This document shows positions 18,699 through 27,702 of a stretch of DNA of 64,000 nucleotides, in pieces. The notes beneath the pieces are model-generated. The model was not told the DNA's origin and made no database searches. It saw only the letters and a program-made list of their open reading frames with translations. The translations under genes and the position numbers were made by a program. Position 1 is the stretch's first letter, and each line of letters starts with the position of its first letter. The stretch is from a bacterium (GTDB lineage Bacteria > UBA8248). Location: the NCBI GenBank assembly GCA_965219955.1, contig OZ244799.1, forward strand, positions 3,136,001 through 3,200,000. Direction: 5' to 3'.

Positions 18699-19289
18699 CT
18701 AGTCGCCGATTTCCTTGCGCTTCGGCTTGGTGTAAATCCGCTCTCCCCGGCCCTCCAGGGGATAGTCCTTTCTCATCGGATGGCTGCCCCAGTTGTCGGG
18801 CAGTAGTATCCGCCGCAAATCCGGATGGTCCTCGAATTCGATGCCGAACAAATCGTACACCTCGCGCTCCATCCAGTCCGCGCTGCTCCATACCCCCGAA
18901 ACCGTAGGCATGGACTGACCATCCTTGATCCGCACCTTCAGGCGAAGCCTGCGGTTATGCTCGATGCTATAGAGGTGATACAGCACCTCGAAGGGATTTT
19001 CGGCCTCCGGGTAGTGCGTCGCGGTCAGGTCGGTGAGGAGCTCGAAATGCGAATCGCCGTGATCACGAAGATGGGTGGCCACGGCGACGATGGCATCGAA
19101 CCCCACGACGAACGTCGCCTCGTCCTCCTCGTCCTGGTAGGCGCTCTGCTCCAGGACGGCTCCCGGAAACGCCGATTCCACCACTTCCTTCAAATCCTCG
19201 CCGGGCGGGGTCTTCACCTCTTCGGCGGATTCCTCGGATTCAGGCGCGCCGTCCGTCTGCTCGCTGTTTTCCACTGCTTCGTCGGACAT
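18699..19289 (-). CDS. nuoC: Subunit C (operon 2)
   Basis: W.EREVYDLFGI.F..HPDLRRIL, HPMRKDYP; acidic N-terminal extension. Confidence 0.95.
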   Translation of the reverse strand: MSDEAVENSEQTDGAPESEESAEEVKTPPGEDLKEVVESAFPGAVLEQSAYQDEEDEATFVVGFDAIVAVATHLRDHGDSHFELLTDLTATHYPEAENPFEVLYHLYSIEHNRRLRLKVRIKDGQSMPTVSGVWSSADWMEREVYDLFGIEFEDHPDLRRILLPDNWGSHPMRKDYPLEGRGERIYTKPKRKEIGD

Positions 19290-19315
19290 CTTCTTCCCTT
19301 GTGCGCCGCAGGTTC

Positions 19316-19792
19316 TTACCGGCGGACGTATTTTTCCTGTTCAATTTTTTTCTGAAGCTGCATGACGCCCCACATCAAGGATTCAGGCCTGGGCGGGCAA
19401 CCCGGAACGTAGACGTCCACCGGGATGATTTCATCCACTCCCTGCATCACCGCATAGTTCGCGTACGGGCCGCCGCAGGTGGCGCAGTTGCCCATCGCGA
19501 TCACCCAGCGCGGCTCGGGCATCTGATCGTAGACCTTGCGAATCGCGTCCCCCATCTTGTGGGTGACGGTGCCCGCCACGATGATCACGTCGGACTGGCG
19601 CGGCGTGGCGCGGAAGATCACGCCGAAACGGTCGAAATCGTAGCGCGCAGCACCCGAGGCCATCATCTCGATGGCGCAGCACGCAAGTCCGAAGGTCATC
19701 GGCCATAGCGCGCTCTTTCTCGCCCAGGCGACCAGGCTGTCGACTTTCGACGTGATGAAGTTGTCGCTGAACTTGCCCTCGACTAAGCCCAC
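19316..19792 (-). CDS. nuoB: Subunit B (operon 2)
   Basis: [22 protein letters not shown] (N2 ligands); GTG start overlaps the nuoA end. Confidence 0.96.
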   Translation of the reverse strand: MGLVEGKFSDNFITSKVDSLVAWARKSALWPMTFGLACCAIEMMASGAARYDFDRFGVIFRATPRQSDVIIVAGTVTHKMGDAIRKVYDQMPEPRWVIAMGNCATCGGPYANYAVMQGVDEIIPVDVYVPGCPPRPESLMWGVMQLQKKIEQEKYVRR

Positions 19793-20184
19793 TCCAACGC
19801 TCCTTTTCTCCAAGCGTAGAAATAACCCACCAACAGGATGGCGATGAACAGCATCATCTCGATGAATCCGAACAGCCCGAGCGCGTCGTAGCGCACCGCC
19901 CAGGGGAAGAGGAACAAGGCCTCCACGTCGAAAAGCAGGAACAGGATGCCCAGCAGGTAGAACCGGATGGAGAAGCGCTCGTGCGCCTCCATCAGCGGGG
20001 GCATGCCGCACTCGTACGGGGAGTTCTTCTCGGGGTCCGGGTTGTTCGGGCGGATGACCAGCGCGATGATCAGAATGCTCCCGGCAAGAGCGGCCGCCAT
20101 GAGCGTGATCAGGAAAATGGGGATGTAGGGATTGATGACCTGATAATCCCTGAAAAATGCGCCGACAACTTCCATCGCATCCAT
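19783..20184 (-). CDS. nuoA: Subunit A (operon 2)
   Basis: PYECG, FDVE..FLFPWA, GALEW. Confidence 0.96.
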   Translation of the reverse strand: MDAMEVVGAFFRDYQVINPYIPIFLITLMAAALAGSILIIALVIRPNNPDPEKNSPYECGMPPLMEAHERFSIRFYLLGILFLLFDVEALFLFPWAVRYDALGLFGFIEMMLFIAILLVGYFYAWRKGALEWA

Positions 20185-20305
20185 GCTAGGCCCCCACTAA
20201 AACGCAAACTGCCAGGGGTGATGAAAAATGCGCCGCCCTCATCGTTGCCGCAAGGCGCTCATTTCCCTCGAAAACCCCTGGAACAAAAGCCTGAAATCGA
20301 ACGAA

Positions 20306-20329
20306 CCGCCATGACTTATATCATGGCGG
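20306..20329. promoter_or_regulatory. Palindrome between the nuo operons: CRP/FNR-like TGA-N6-TCA box or terminator stem
   Basis: CCGCCATGA-CTTATA-TCATGGCGG, perfect 9-bp arms. Confidence 0.45.
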
Positions 20330-20353
20330 CAACCGAAAAACCAACCCCCGGGG

Positions 20354-21832
20354 TCAATTAAAAAAGACTGTGGAACGATGGGCGAAATCCAGCACCGAGG
20401 AGGGGAAAATCCCCAGCTGCAGGGTGCTCGCGACGGCGAGCGTGAGCGCCGCGACCGCATAGGACCAGCCCGGATGCGGAGCGGATTTCGCGACTCCGCC
20501 CTGCGGTTCACTCATGTACATCACCACGACGAGCCGCAGGTAATAATACACGGCCACCACGCTGTTGAGCACTGCTATCACGGTCAGCCAGACGTACCCG
20601 CCGTTCAGCGCCGCACTGAACACGTGGAATTTCGCCACGAAACCCCCGGTGGGCGGGAGACCCGAGAGCGACACCATGAACACGGCCATCGCCGCCGCCA
20701 GCCCTGGCCGGAAAGAGGCCAGACCCGCGAGATTGTCGATCTTCGTGCCGCCGTCCTCGCGCATGTTCGAGATGAGGATGAGCACGCAGAAAGCGCCCAT
20801 GTTCATGAAAACGTAGACGAGCATGTAGTACAGGAAACCGCTCGTGGCCAGTTCCGCGCTCGTGCGCGAGGCCACGAGCGCGACCATGAGATAGCCGGCG
20901 TGGGCGATGCTCGAATAGGCGAGCATCCGCTTCACGCAGGTCTGCCAGATGGCGATGAGGTTCGCCAGGCTCATCGTGAGGACGGCCATCACCCACAAGA
21001 CCGTATCGAAACTCCCGCCGGCGTCGCCCGTGGAGAGAAAAACCCGGAAAAACGCGGCGAAAGCCGCCGCCTTCGGACCCACGGACATGAACGCCGTCAC
21101 CGCGGTGGGCGCGCCTTCGTATACGTCGGGCGTCCACATGTAAAACGGCGCCGCGGCCACCTTGAAGCCCAGGCCCACCACCATGAAGCCCAGGCCCATC
21201 AGGAAGGCCGCCCCTCGCGAGGCGGGATTCTCGTGAAGCCGCGTCGCGATTTCGATCAGGTCGACCGAGCCGGTGGCGCCGTAGACGAGCGCCATGCCGT
21301 AGAGCAGGAAACCCGAGGCGAACGAACCGAGCAGAAAGTATTTGAGCGACGCCTCGTTGCCCTCGGGCCGGGCGCGCAAATAACCCGCCAGGACGTAGAG
21401 CGACAGGGAGAACACCTCGAGGCCCACGAAGATCATCAGCAGGTTCCGCGTCGCCGCCATGAGCATCATGCCCGAAGTCGCGAAGAGGATGAGGCCGAAA
21501 TACTCGCCCGCCGGCGTATCGTCCAACTCCCGCTGGGCCGCGGCGATGAGGACCGAGAATATGCTCGCGAACAGGATGACGACGTAGAGGAATTGCGTGA
21601 ACCCGTCGAAGAGATACATGCCGCCGAACGACGCGGCCAGACCCGGCAGGGTCCGCGCGCCGAGCGTCACGCCCAGGGCGGCGGCCAGCGTCACCAGCGT
21701 GATGATGATGATGACGGAGCGCTCCCCCTTGGCGAAAAAGGCGTCCCACATCAAAACCAGGACCGCCCCGCACACCGGCAGGATCACCGGCAGCAGGTAT
21801 CCCCAATGGATGGTGGGATGAACGATATCCAA
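20354..21832 (-). CDS. nuoN: Subunit N (operon 1)
   Basis: EASLKYF, FKVAAAPFYMWTPDVYEGAP, KRMLAYSSIAHAGY. Confidence 0.97.
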   Translation of the reverse strand: MDIVHPTIHWGYLLPVILPVCGAVLVLMWDAFFAKGERSVIIIITLVTLAAALGVTLGARTLPGLAASFGGMYLFDGFTQFLYVVILFASIFSVLIAAAQRELDDTPAGEYFGLILFATSGMMLMAATRNLLMIFVGLEVFSLSLYVLAGYLRARPEGNEASLKYFLLGSFASGFLLYGMALVYGATGSVDLIEIATRLHENPASRGAAFLMGLGFMVVGLGFKVAAAPFYMWTPDVYEGAPTAVTAFMSVGPKAAAFAAFFRVFLSTGDAGGSFDTVLWVMAVLTMSLANLIAIWQTCVKRMLAYSSIAHAGYLMVALVASRTSAELATSGFLYYMLVYVFMNMGAFCVLILISNMREDGGTKIDNLAGLASFRPGLAAAMAVFMVSLSGLPPTGGFVAKFHVFSAALNGGYVWLTVIAVLNSVVAVYYYLRLVVVMYMSEPQGGVAKSAPHPGWSYAVAALTLAVASTLQLGIFPSSVLDFAHRSTVFFN

Positions 21833-21834
21833 AG

Positions 21835-23382
21835 CTATTTCACCTCGACTCTATGCGCATAGGCGAGCGCGCTCTTTCGCAATTTCCGCTCGGGCGCTTC
21901 CTCCACGCGCAGCACCCGCCGGTTCACCTGCGAAAGCCAGGCCTGGGCCGAGGGCTCGATGCGGTTGAACAGCGGCTTGGGATACAACCCGATCCAGAAC
22001 ATGAGGGCCACCATGGGCAGCATGACGAGCCACTCGCGCCTGTTCATGTCGGGGAGCCCCAGGTTCGCCCGCACGCTCACCTCGCCGAACAGGACGCGCT
22101 GGAGCATCCAGAGCATGTAGACGGCGGAGAGAACCACGCCGGTGGCCGCGATGACGGCGAACCAGGCGTTGCGCTCGAACGCGCCCAGCAGAATCGTGAA
22201 CTCGCCCACGAAGCCGTTCAGCCCCGGCAGGCCGATGCTGCTGAGCGCCGTGATGATGAAAAACGTGGAAAACACGGGCATCACCCGGAGCAGCCCGCCG
22301 AACTCATCGATCTGCCTCGTGTGCCGCCTCGAATAGATGAAGCCCACGATCAGGAAGAGCGCCCCGCTGCTGATGCCGTGGTTCACCATCTGGATGACGC
22401 TCCCCGAAGCGCCCAGAAGGTTGAAAGAGAAAAGCCCCAGCATCACGAAGCCCAAGTGACTCACCGAGGAGTAGGCCACCAGCTTTTTCACGTCGGTCTG
22501 CACCATGGCCATGAGCGCCCCGTAGATGATCCCCACCAGCGCCAGGCAGATGATGAGGAACGCGAACTCGCGCGCCGCCGTCGGGAACAGCGGCATCGCC
22601 AGCCGCATGAAACCGTAGGTGCCCATCTTCAGGAGGACGCCGGCGAGGATGACGCTTCCCGCCGTGGGCGCTTCCACGTGGGCGTCGGGCAGCCAGGTGT
22701 GGAACGGGAAAATCGGCACCTTGATGGCGAAGGATATGGCGAACGCGGCGAACAGCCACGGCTGGAGGGCGGCGTCCACCGGCTCGCGGAAATGCGCGAG
22801 GATGTCGAACGTGCCGACCCCGCTCGCGAAATACAGCCAGATGATCGCCACGAGCATCAGCACGCTCCCGGCCATGGTGTAGAGGAAGAACTTGACGGCC
22901 GCGTAGATCCGGCGGCCTCCGCCCCAGACCCCAATGATGAGGTACATCGGAATCAGCATTCCTTCCCAGAAGACGTAGAACAGGAAGAAATCGAGCGCGA
23001 AGAAGACCCCGAGCATCCCCGTCTCCAGGAACAGCAGGGACATGTAGTAGAGCCGCGTCTTTTTCCGCACGTCGTCGAAGGAGAAGAGGATCGCGACCGG
23101 CGTCAGGATGGTGGTCAGCATCACGAGCAGCAGGCTGATGCCGTCCACGCCCACCTTGTAGGAAATCCCGAACCTCGGGATCCACGCCGCTTCCTCGACG
23201 AACTGCATGCCCGCGTAATCGGGCCGGAAACCCAGGTACATCACGGCCGAAAGAGCGAACGTAACGAGGGAGACCGCCAGCGCGAACGCGCGGACGCCGC
23301 CGTCTCTTCCCTCGCGCAGGAGAAGGAGCAGCAGGCCCCCCAGCATGGGCAAGAACAGTATCGAGGTGATTATTCCAGGCAT
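21835..23382 (-). CDS. nuoM: Subunit M (operon 1)
   Basis: FYVFWE, AIKVPIFPFHTWLPDAH, FVGEF. Confidence 0.97.
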   Translation of the reverse strand: MPGIITSILFLPMLGGLLLLLLREGRDGGVRAFALAVSLVTFALSAVMYLGFRPDYAGMQFVEEAAWIPRFGISYKVGVDGISLLLVMLTTILTPVAILFSFDDVRKKTRLYYMSLLFLETGMLGVFFALDFFLFYVFWEGMLIPMYLIIGVWGGGRRIYAAVKFFLYTMAGSVLMLVAIIWLYFASGVGTFDILAHFREPVDAALQPWLFAAFAISFAIKVPIFPFHTWLPDAHVEAPTAGSVILAGVLLKMGTYGFMRLAMPLFPTAAREFAFLIICLALVGIIYGALMAMVQTDVKKLVAYSSVSHLGFVMLGLFSFNLLGASGSVIQMVNHGISSGALFLIVGFIYSRRHTRQIDEFGGLLRVMPVFSTFFIITALSSIGLPGLNGFVGEFTILLGAFERNAWFAVIAATGVVLSAVYMLWMLQRVLFGEVSVRANLGLPDMNRREWLVMLPMVALMFWIGLYPKPLFNRIEPSAQAWLSQVNRRVLRVEEAPERKLRKSALAYAHRVEVK

Positions 23383-23418
23383 TCGCCCCTCACGCTCCTC
23401 AAAGAATCGAAAGAATCA

Positions 23419-25323
23419 TCAGCGCGCCGTGAGATACAGCAGAATCACCAGCGCGCCGACCAGCATCGAAACGGCGTAGCTCTTCACGTAGCCCGTCTGG
23501 AGGCGTCTCAGGACGCCGCCCAGGGATCGCACGAAAATGCCCGCCCCGTTCACGGCCGCGTCCACCAGGCCGTCCTCGAACGCTCGCCAGCACCAGATCG
23601 ACGCCCGCTTCACCGGTTGTACGATGCAGGCGTCGTATATCTCGTCCACGTAATACTTGTTCACCAAAAGGCGGTGAACGCCCGGCCAGAGTTCCGCGTA
23701 CGCGCTGCCGCCGTCGTTTTTCAGCACATAGAGATTATAGGCCGCGTAAATGCCGACGAAGGCGATGGCGAGCGAGAACACCATCATCAACAACTCGAAC
23801 ACCACCTCGTGGTGCGCCTCTACGTGACCGCCGAAAGAAGGAGCGAGGAAATCACCGAAAATGTTCGCTCCCGTGATGATCGGAATCCCCACCCAGCCGC
23901 CGATGATGGAGAGCGCCGCCAGCGCCTGAAGCGGGATCGTCATGCTTCTGGGAGATTCATGGACTTTCTGCTGCTCCTCCAGGCTCAGGTTGCAGGTGCC
24001 GAAGAATACCCGGAACAGGAGCCTGAACATGTAGAACGCGGTCATCAGCGCGCCGGCCGCGCCGGCGAGCCACAGGAGGATTCCGCCGCGCTCGGCCGTC
24101 ATGGCCGAATAGAGAATGGCGTCCTTGCTGAAGAATCCGGCGAAGGGGAATACGCCCGCGATGGCCAGCGCGCCGATCACGAAGGTGTTGCTCGTTCGCG
24201 GCAGCGCCGCCTGGAGTCCGCCCATCCTGCGGATGTCCTGCTCGCCGTCCAGCGCGTGGATCACGCTCCCCGCGCCCAGGAACAGGAGCGCCTTGAAGAA
24301 CGCATGGGTCATCAGGTGGAAGATCGCCGCGGAGAACGCCCCCACGCCGCAGGCCAGAAACATGTAGCCCAACTGGCTCACCGTGCTGTAGGCGAGCACC
24401 TTCTTGATGTCGGTCTGCACCAGGGCGATGGACGCCGCCATCAACAGCGTGAGCGCTCCGATGACGGCCACCACGAGCATCGCCGCCGATGAGAGTTCGA
24501 AGAGCACGTGCGTTCTCGCCACCATGTAGACGCCCGCCGTCACCATCGTCGCCGCGTGTATCAGGGCGCTGACCGGGGTGGGACCTTCCATCGCGTCGGG
24601 CAGCCAGACGTAAAGCGGAATCTGCGCGCTCTTGCCCGTCGCGCCCGCGAAGAGCAGCAGGCAGATGATCGTCGCCGCCGCGCTCTCGGGACCGAGCAGC
24701 CCGGGGGCTTTTGCGAACACCTCCGAGAAATCCAGCGAGCCGACGACGCTGTAGATGTAGAAGAGCGCTATCAGGAAGCAGAAATCACCCACCCGGTTCA
24801 CGATGAAGGCCTTCTTGCCGGCCTCGGCCGCCGCCTTGCGCTCGTACCAGAAGCCGATGAGCAGGTAGCTGCACAGGCCCACCGCCTCCCAGCCCACGAA
24901 CATGACCAGGAAGTTATCGCCCAGAACCAGCGTGAGCATCGAGAGCGAGAAGAGGTTCAGATAGATGAAATAGCGCACCACGCCGCGATCATGGTGCATG
25001 TAGCCCATCGAGTAGAGGTGGATGAGCGCTCCTACGCCGGTGACGACCAGCGCCATGACGGCCGAGAGCGGATCGAGCGAGAAGCCCGCCTCGACCTCGA
25101 AGGCGCCCACGGGAATCCACTCGAACAGGACGACGCGGATGAGACGCGCCTTCTCGGGCATCGCCAGCAGGCGGAGCCAGCTCACGAGCGACGCCGCGAA
25201 CGCGAGCGCCATCGCCAGCGTCGCGGTCCAGCCGGCGAATTTCTCCCCGCGCTTCCAGCCGAAGATCAGGTTCACCAGCACGCCGATGAGGGGGAACGCC
25301 AATATGAGGGTCAGACTATCCAT
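23419..25323 (-). CDS. nuoL: Subunit L (operon 1), normal-length helix
   Basis: GKSAQIPLYVWLPDAMEGPTP; single VDAAVNG. Confidence 0.97.
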   Translation of the reverse strand: MDSLTLILAFPLIGVLVNLIFGWKRGEKFAGWTATLAMALAFAASLVSWLRLLAMPEKARLIRVVLFEWIPVGAFEVEAGFSLDPLSAVMALVVTGVGALIHLYSMGYMHHDRGVVRYFIYLNLFSLSMLTLVLGDNFLVMFVGWEAVGLCSYLLIGFWYERKAAAEAGKKAFIVNRVGDFCFLIALFYIYSVVGSLDFSEVFAKAPGLLGPESAAATIICLLLFAGATGKSAQIPLYVWLPDAMEGPTPVSALIHAATMVTAGVYMVARTHVLFELSSAAMLVVAVIGALTLLMAASIALVQTDIKKVLAYSTVSQLGYMFLACGVGAFSAAIFHLMTHAFFKALLFLGAGSVIHALDGEQDIRRMGGLQAALPRTSNTFVIGALAIAGVFPFAGFFSKDAILYSAMTAERGGILLWLAGAAGALMTAFYMFRLLFRVFFGTCNLSLEEQQKVHESPRSMTIPLQALAALSIIGGWVGIPIITGANIFGDFLAPSFGGHVEAHHEVVFELLMMVFSLAIAFVGIYAAYNLYVLKNDGGSAYAELWPGVHRLLVNKYYVDEIYDACIVQPVKRASIWCWRAFEDGLVDAAVNGAGIFVRSLGGVLRRLQTGYVKSYAVSMLVGALVILLYLTAR

Positions 25324-25335
25324 GATTCCTTAGCT

Positions 25336-25638
25336 CTATAGCTTCAGTAGGTTGATTTCGTCCAGGTCGGTGGATTCGCGGTTGCGGTAGATCAGCACCA
25401 CGATGGCCAGCCCGATGGCGGCCTCCGCCGCGGCCACCGCCATCACGAAAAACACGATCATCTGGCCCGCCATCGAATCGAGGTACCGGCCATAGGCCAC
25501 GAACGCCAGGTTCGCCCCGTTCATCATCAACTCGATGCACAAGATGACGACGATGGCGTTTCTGCGCACCACGACGCCCACGACGCCCAGGGAGAAGAGA
25601 ACCGCGCTCAGAATCAGGTAATGCTCGAGCGGCGCCAC
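25336..25638 (-). CDS. nuoK: Subunit K (operon 1)
   Basis: [16 protein letters not shown]. Confidence 0.96.
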   Translation of the reverse strand: MAPLEHYLILSAVLFSLGVVGVVVRRNAIVVILCIELMMNGANLAFVAYGRYLDSMAGQMIVFFVMAVAAAEAAIGLAIVVLIYRNRESTDLDEINLLKL

Positions 25639-25650
25639 GTCCCATCCCTC

Positions 25651-26169
25651 CTAGCGGCTTCGCCTGCGCGCCAGTACCACGGCGCCGACGATGCCCACGA
25701 ACAACAAGACGCCCATGGCCTGAAACGGCAGGACGTAATCCGTCAACAACAGATTTCCGATGACCTGCGTGTTGCCCAGCTCATCCACGCGCTCGGGCGG
25801 AAAACTCCCCTTCTTGCCCGTCATGAGGGAGGTGGAGAGGAATATCTTGAGCAGCACGCTAAAGAGGGCGAGCCCCGCGATAGCCCCCAGCATCTTCTGG
25901 CCGGGAAGACGCAACTCCCGCTTCTCCTCACGGTCCAGGTTGATCAGCATCACGACGAACAGGAAGAGCATCATGATCGCGCTGGCGTAGATGATCACCT
26001 GAACGATGGCGACGAACTGCGCGTGAAGCGAGAGGTACAGCCCGGCGAGACCCAGGAAGGTCAGTATCAGGGCAAGCACGCTGTAGAGCGGGCTGGGGAA
26101 CGCGACGACGGCTATCGCGCCCACCGTCGTCACCACCGCCAGGAAATAAAAAAACAGGGAACTGGCCAC
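25651..26169 (-). CDS. nuoJ: Subunit J (operon 1)
   Basis: QVIIYASAIMMLFLFVVML; position between nuoI and nuoK. Confidence 0.95.
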   Translation of the reverse strand: MASSLFFYFLAVVTTVGAIAVVAFPSPLYSVLALILTFLGLAGLYLSLHAQFVAIVQVIIYASAIMMLFLFVVMLINLDREEKRELRLPGQKMLGAIAGLALFSVLLKIFLSTSLMTGKKGSFPPERVDELGNTQVIGNLLLTDYVLPFQAMGVLLFVGIVGAVVLARRRSR

Positions 26170-26214
26170 TACCGCCCTTCCTCCAGCGGGCGGGCGCCCG
26201 CCTGAAATCGAACC

Positions 26215-26694
26215 CTAGACATACGTGAGCAGGTTTTTCTCGTCATAGCGGGCATGAAGCTCCGGGTAATCCTCTGTACGCTCCACAATCAAATCGCCCT
26301 TCTCGTAGAGGAACTTGCCGCGATCGTCCTGGCAGAATTCATACTCGTTGCCCAGCACGACCGCGCCGACCGGGCAGGCTTCTTCGCAGTATCCGCAAAA
26401 GATGCAGCGAAGCTCGTTGATCTCGTAAATGCTGGCGTAGCGCTCGCCCTTGGAAGTCGGCGCCTCGGGGTCGTTCTCCTCCGATTCCACATAAATGCAA
26501 TCCACGGGACACGCCGCCGAGCAGAGCTTGCACCCCACGCAGCGCTCCAGGCCGTCCTCCCAGCGCAGCAGCTTGTGGAGGCCGCGGTAGCCCACGGGCA
26601 TCTCCTCTTTGACGTCGGGGTATTGCACGGTCACGCGGTTTTTGAAGGAATGCTTGATCGTCAGCCACAATCCCCTGCAAATCTCGCCTAACAT
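26215..26694 (-). CDS. nuoI: Subunit I (2x[4Fe-4S])
   Basis: CVGCKLCSAACP and CIFCGYCEEACP. Confidence 0.97.
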   Translation of the reverse strand: MLGEICRGLWLTIKHSFKNRVTVQYPDVKEEMPVGYRGLHKLLRWEDGLERCVGCKLCSAACPVDCIYVESEENDPEAPTSKGERYASIYEINELRCIFCGYCEEACPVGAVVLGNEYEFCQDDRGKFLYEKGDLIVERTEDYPELHARYDEKNLLTYV

Positions 26695-26721
26695 GAAATC
26701 TCCTCCCCCTTACACGGCCCG

Positions 26722-27702
26722 CTAGCCCAGGAAAACGACGGCGCCGGCCGTGAGCATCACGTTCAGGATGGACAGCGGCAGAAGCACCTTCCACCCGAAA
26801 CCCATCAGTTGGTCATAGCGCAGGCGCGGCGTGGAGGCGCGCAGCCACATGAAGAAGAACATGAACGCCAGCACCTTGATCAGGAACCACACGACGGGCG
26901 GCAGCAGCGGCCCGCGCCATCCGCCGAGGAAAAACGTCGCCCCCACCGCCGAGAGCGTGATCATGCTGCAGTACTCGGCGATGGAGTAAACCGCAAAGTG
27001 CATGCTGCTGTATTCGGTATGAAAACCGCCGGTGAGCTCGCTCTCGGCCTCGGGCAAATCGAACGGCGCCCGGTTCGTCTCCGCCAGCATGCAGATGACG
27101 AAGAGCAGAAACCCCAGGGGCTGCAAGACGATGTAGGGCATACCGGCCTGGGCCTCGACGATCCCCTTCAGGCTCAGGGTGCCCGAGATCATGACAACGC
27201 CCAGAAGCGACATGCCGAGCGAGAGTTCGTAGCTGATGAGCTGCGCCGCCGAGCGAAGCCCGCCGATGAGCGGGTACTTGCTGTTCGACGCCCATGAGCC
27301 GAGCACGATGCCGTACACGCCGATGCCCGCCATGGCGAAGATGTAGAGAATGCCGACGTTGATGTCGGCCAGCACCAGATCCACCTTCTGTCCGAGCACG
27401 GTCACGGAATCGCCGAAGGGCACCACGGCGAAGGCGGCCAGCGCCGGAATGAGCGTGACGGCCGGCGCGAGGAGGTAAATCACCTTGTCCGCCTGCGCGG
27501 GAATGATGGTTTCCTTGAACATGAGCTTGATGCCGTCGGCGATGGGCTGCAAAAGCCCCGACGGCCCCACGCGGTTGGGCCCCACCCGCACCTGTATGAG
27601 CGCGAACACGCGCCGCTCCATCCAGGTCATGTAGGCGGCGAGCAGCAAAAGCCCGCCGAAGCCCACGAGCACTTTCCCGAGGATGATGAGCAGACTGGCC
27701 AT
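26722..27702 (-). CDS. nuoH: Subunit H (operon 1)
   Basis: [31 protein letters not shown]. Confidence 0.97.
   Translation of the reverse strand: MASLLIILGKVLVGFGGLLLLAAYMTWMERRVFALIQVRVGPNRVGPSGLLQPIADGIKLMFKETIIPAQADKVIYLLAPAVTLIPALAAFAVVPFGDSVTVLGQKVDLVLADINVGILYIFAMAGIGVYGIVLGSWASNSKYPLIGGLRSAAQLISYELSLGMSLLGVVMISGTLSLKGIVEAQAGMPYIVLQPLGFLLFVICMLAETNRAPFDLPEAESELTGGFHTEYSSMHFAVYSIAEYCSMITLSAVGATFFLGGWRGPLLPPVVWFLIKVLAFMFFFMWLRASTPRLRYDQLMGFGWKVLLPLSILNVMLTAGAVVFLG

Noticed and set aside
21853-24492. Long plus-strand ORFs across the nuo region (this 879-aa one, 10551-12029, 14326-15711) and 35070-36779 on minus
   Set aside because: Antisense shadows of GC-rich genes with no recognisable motifs.
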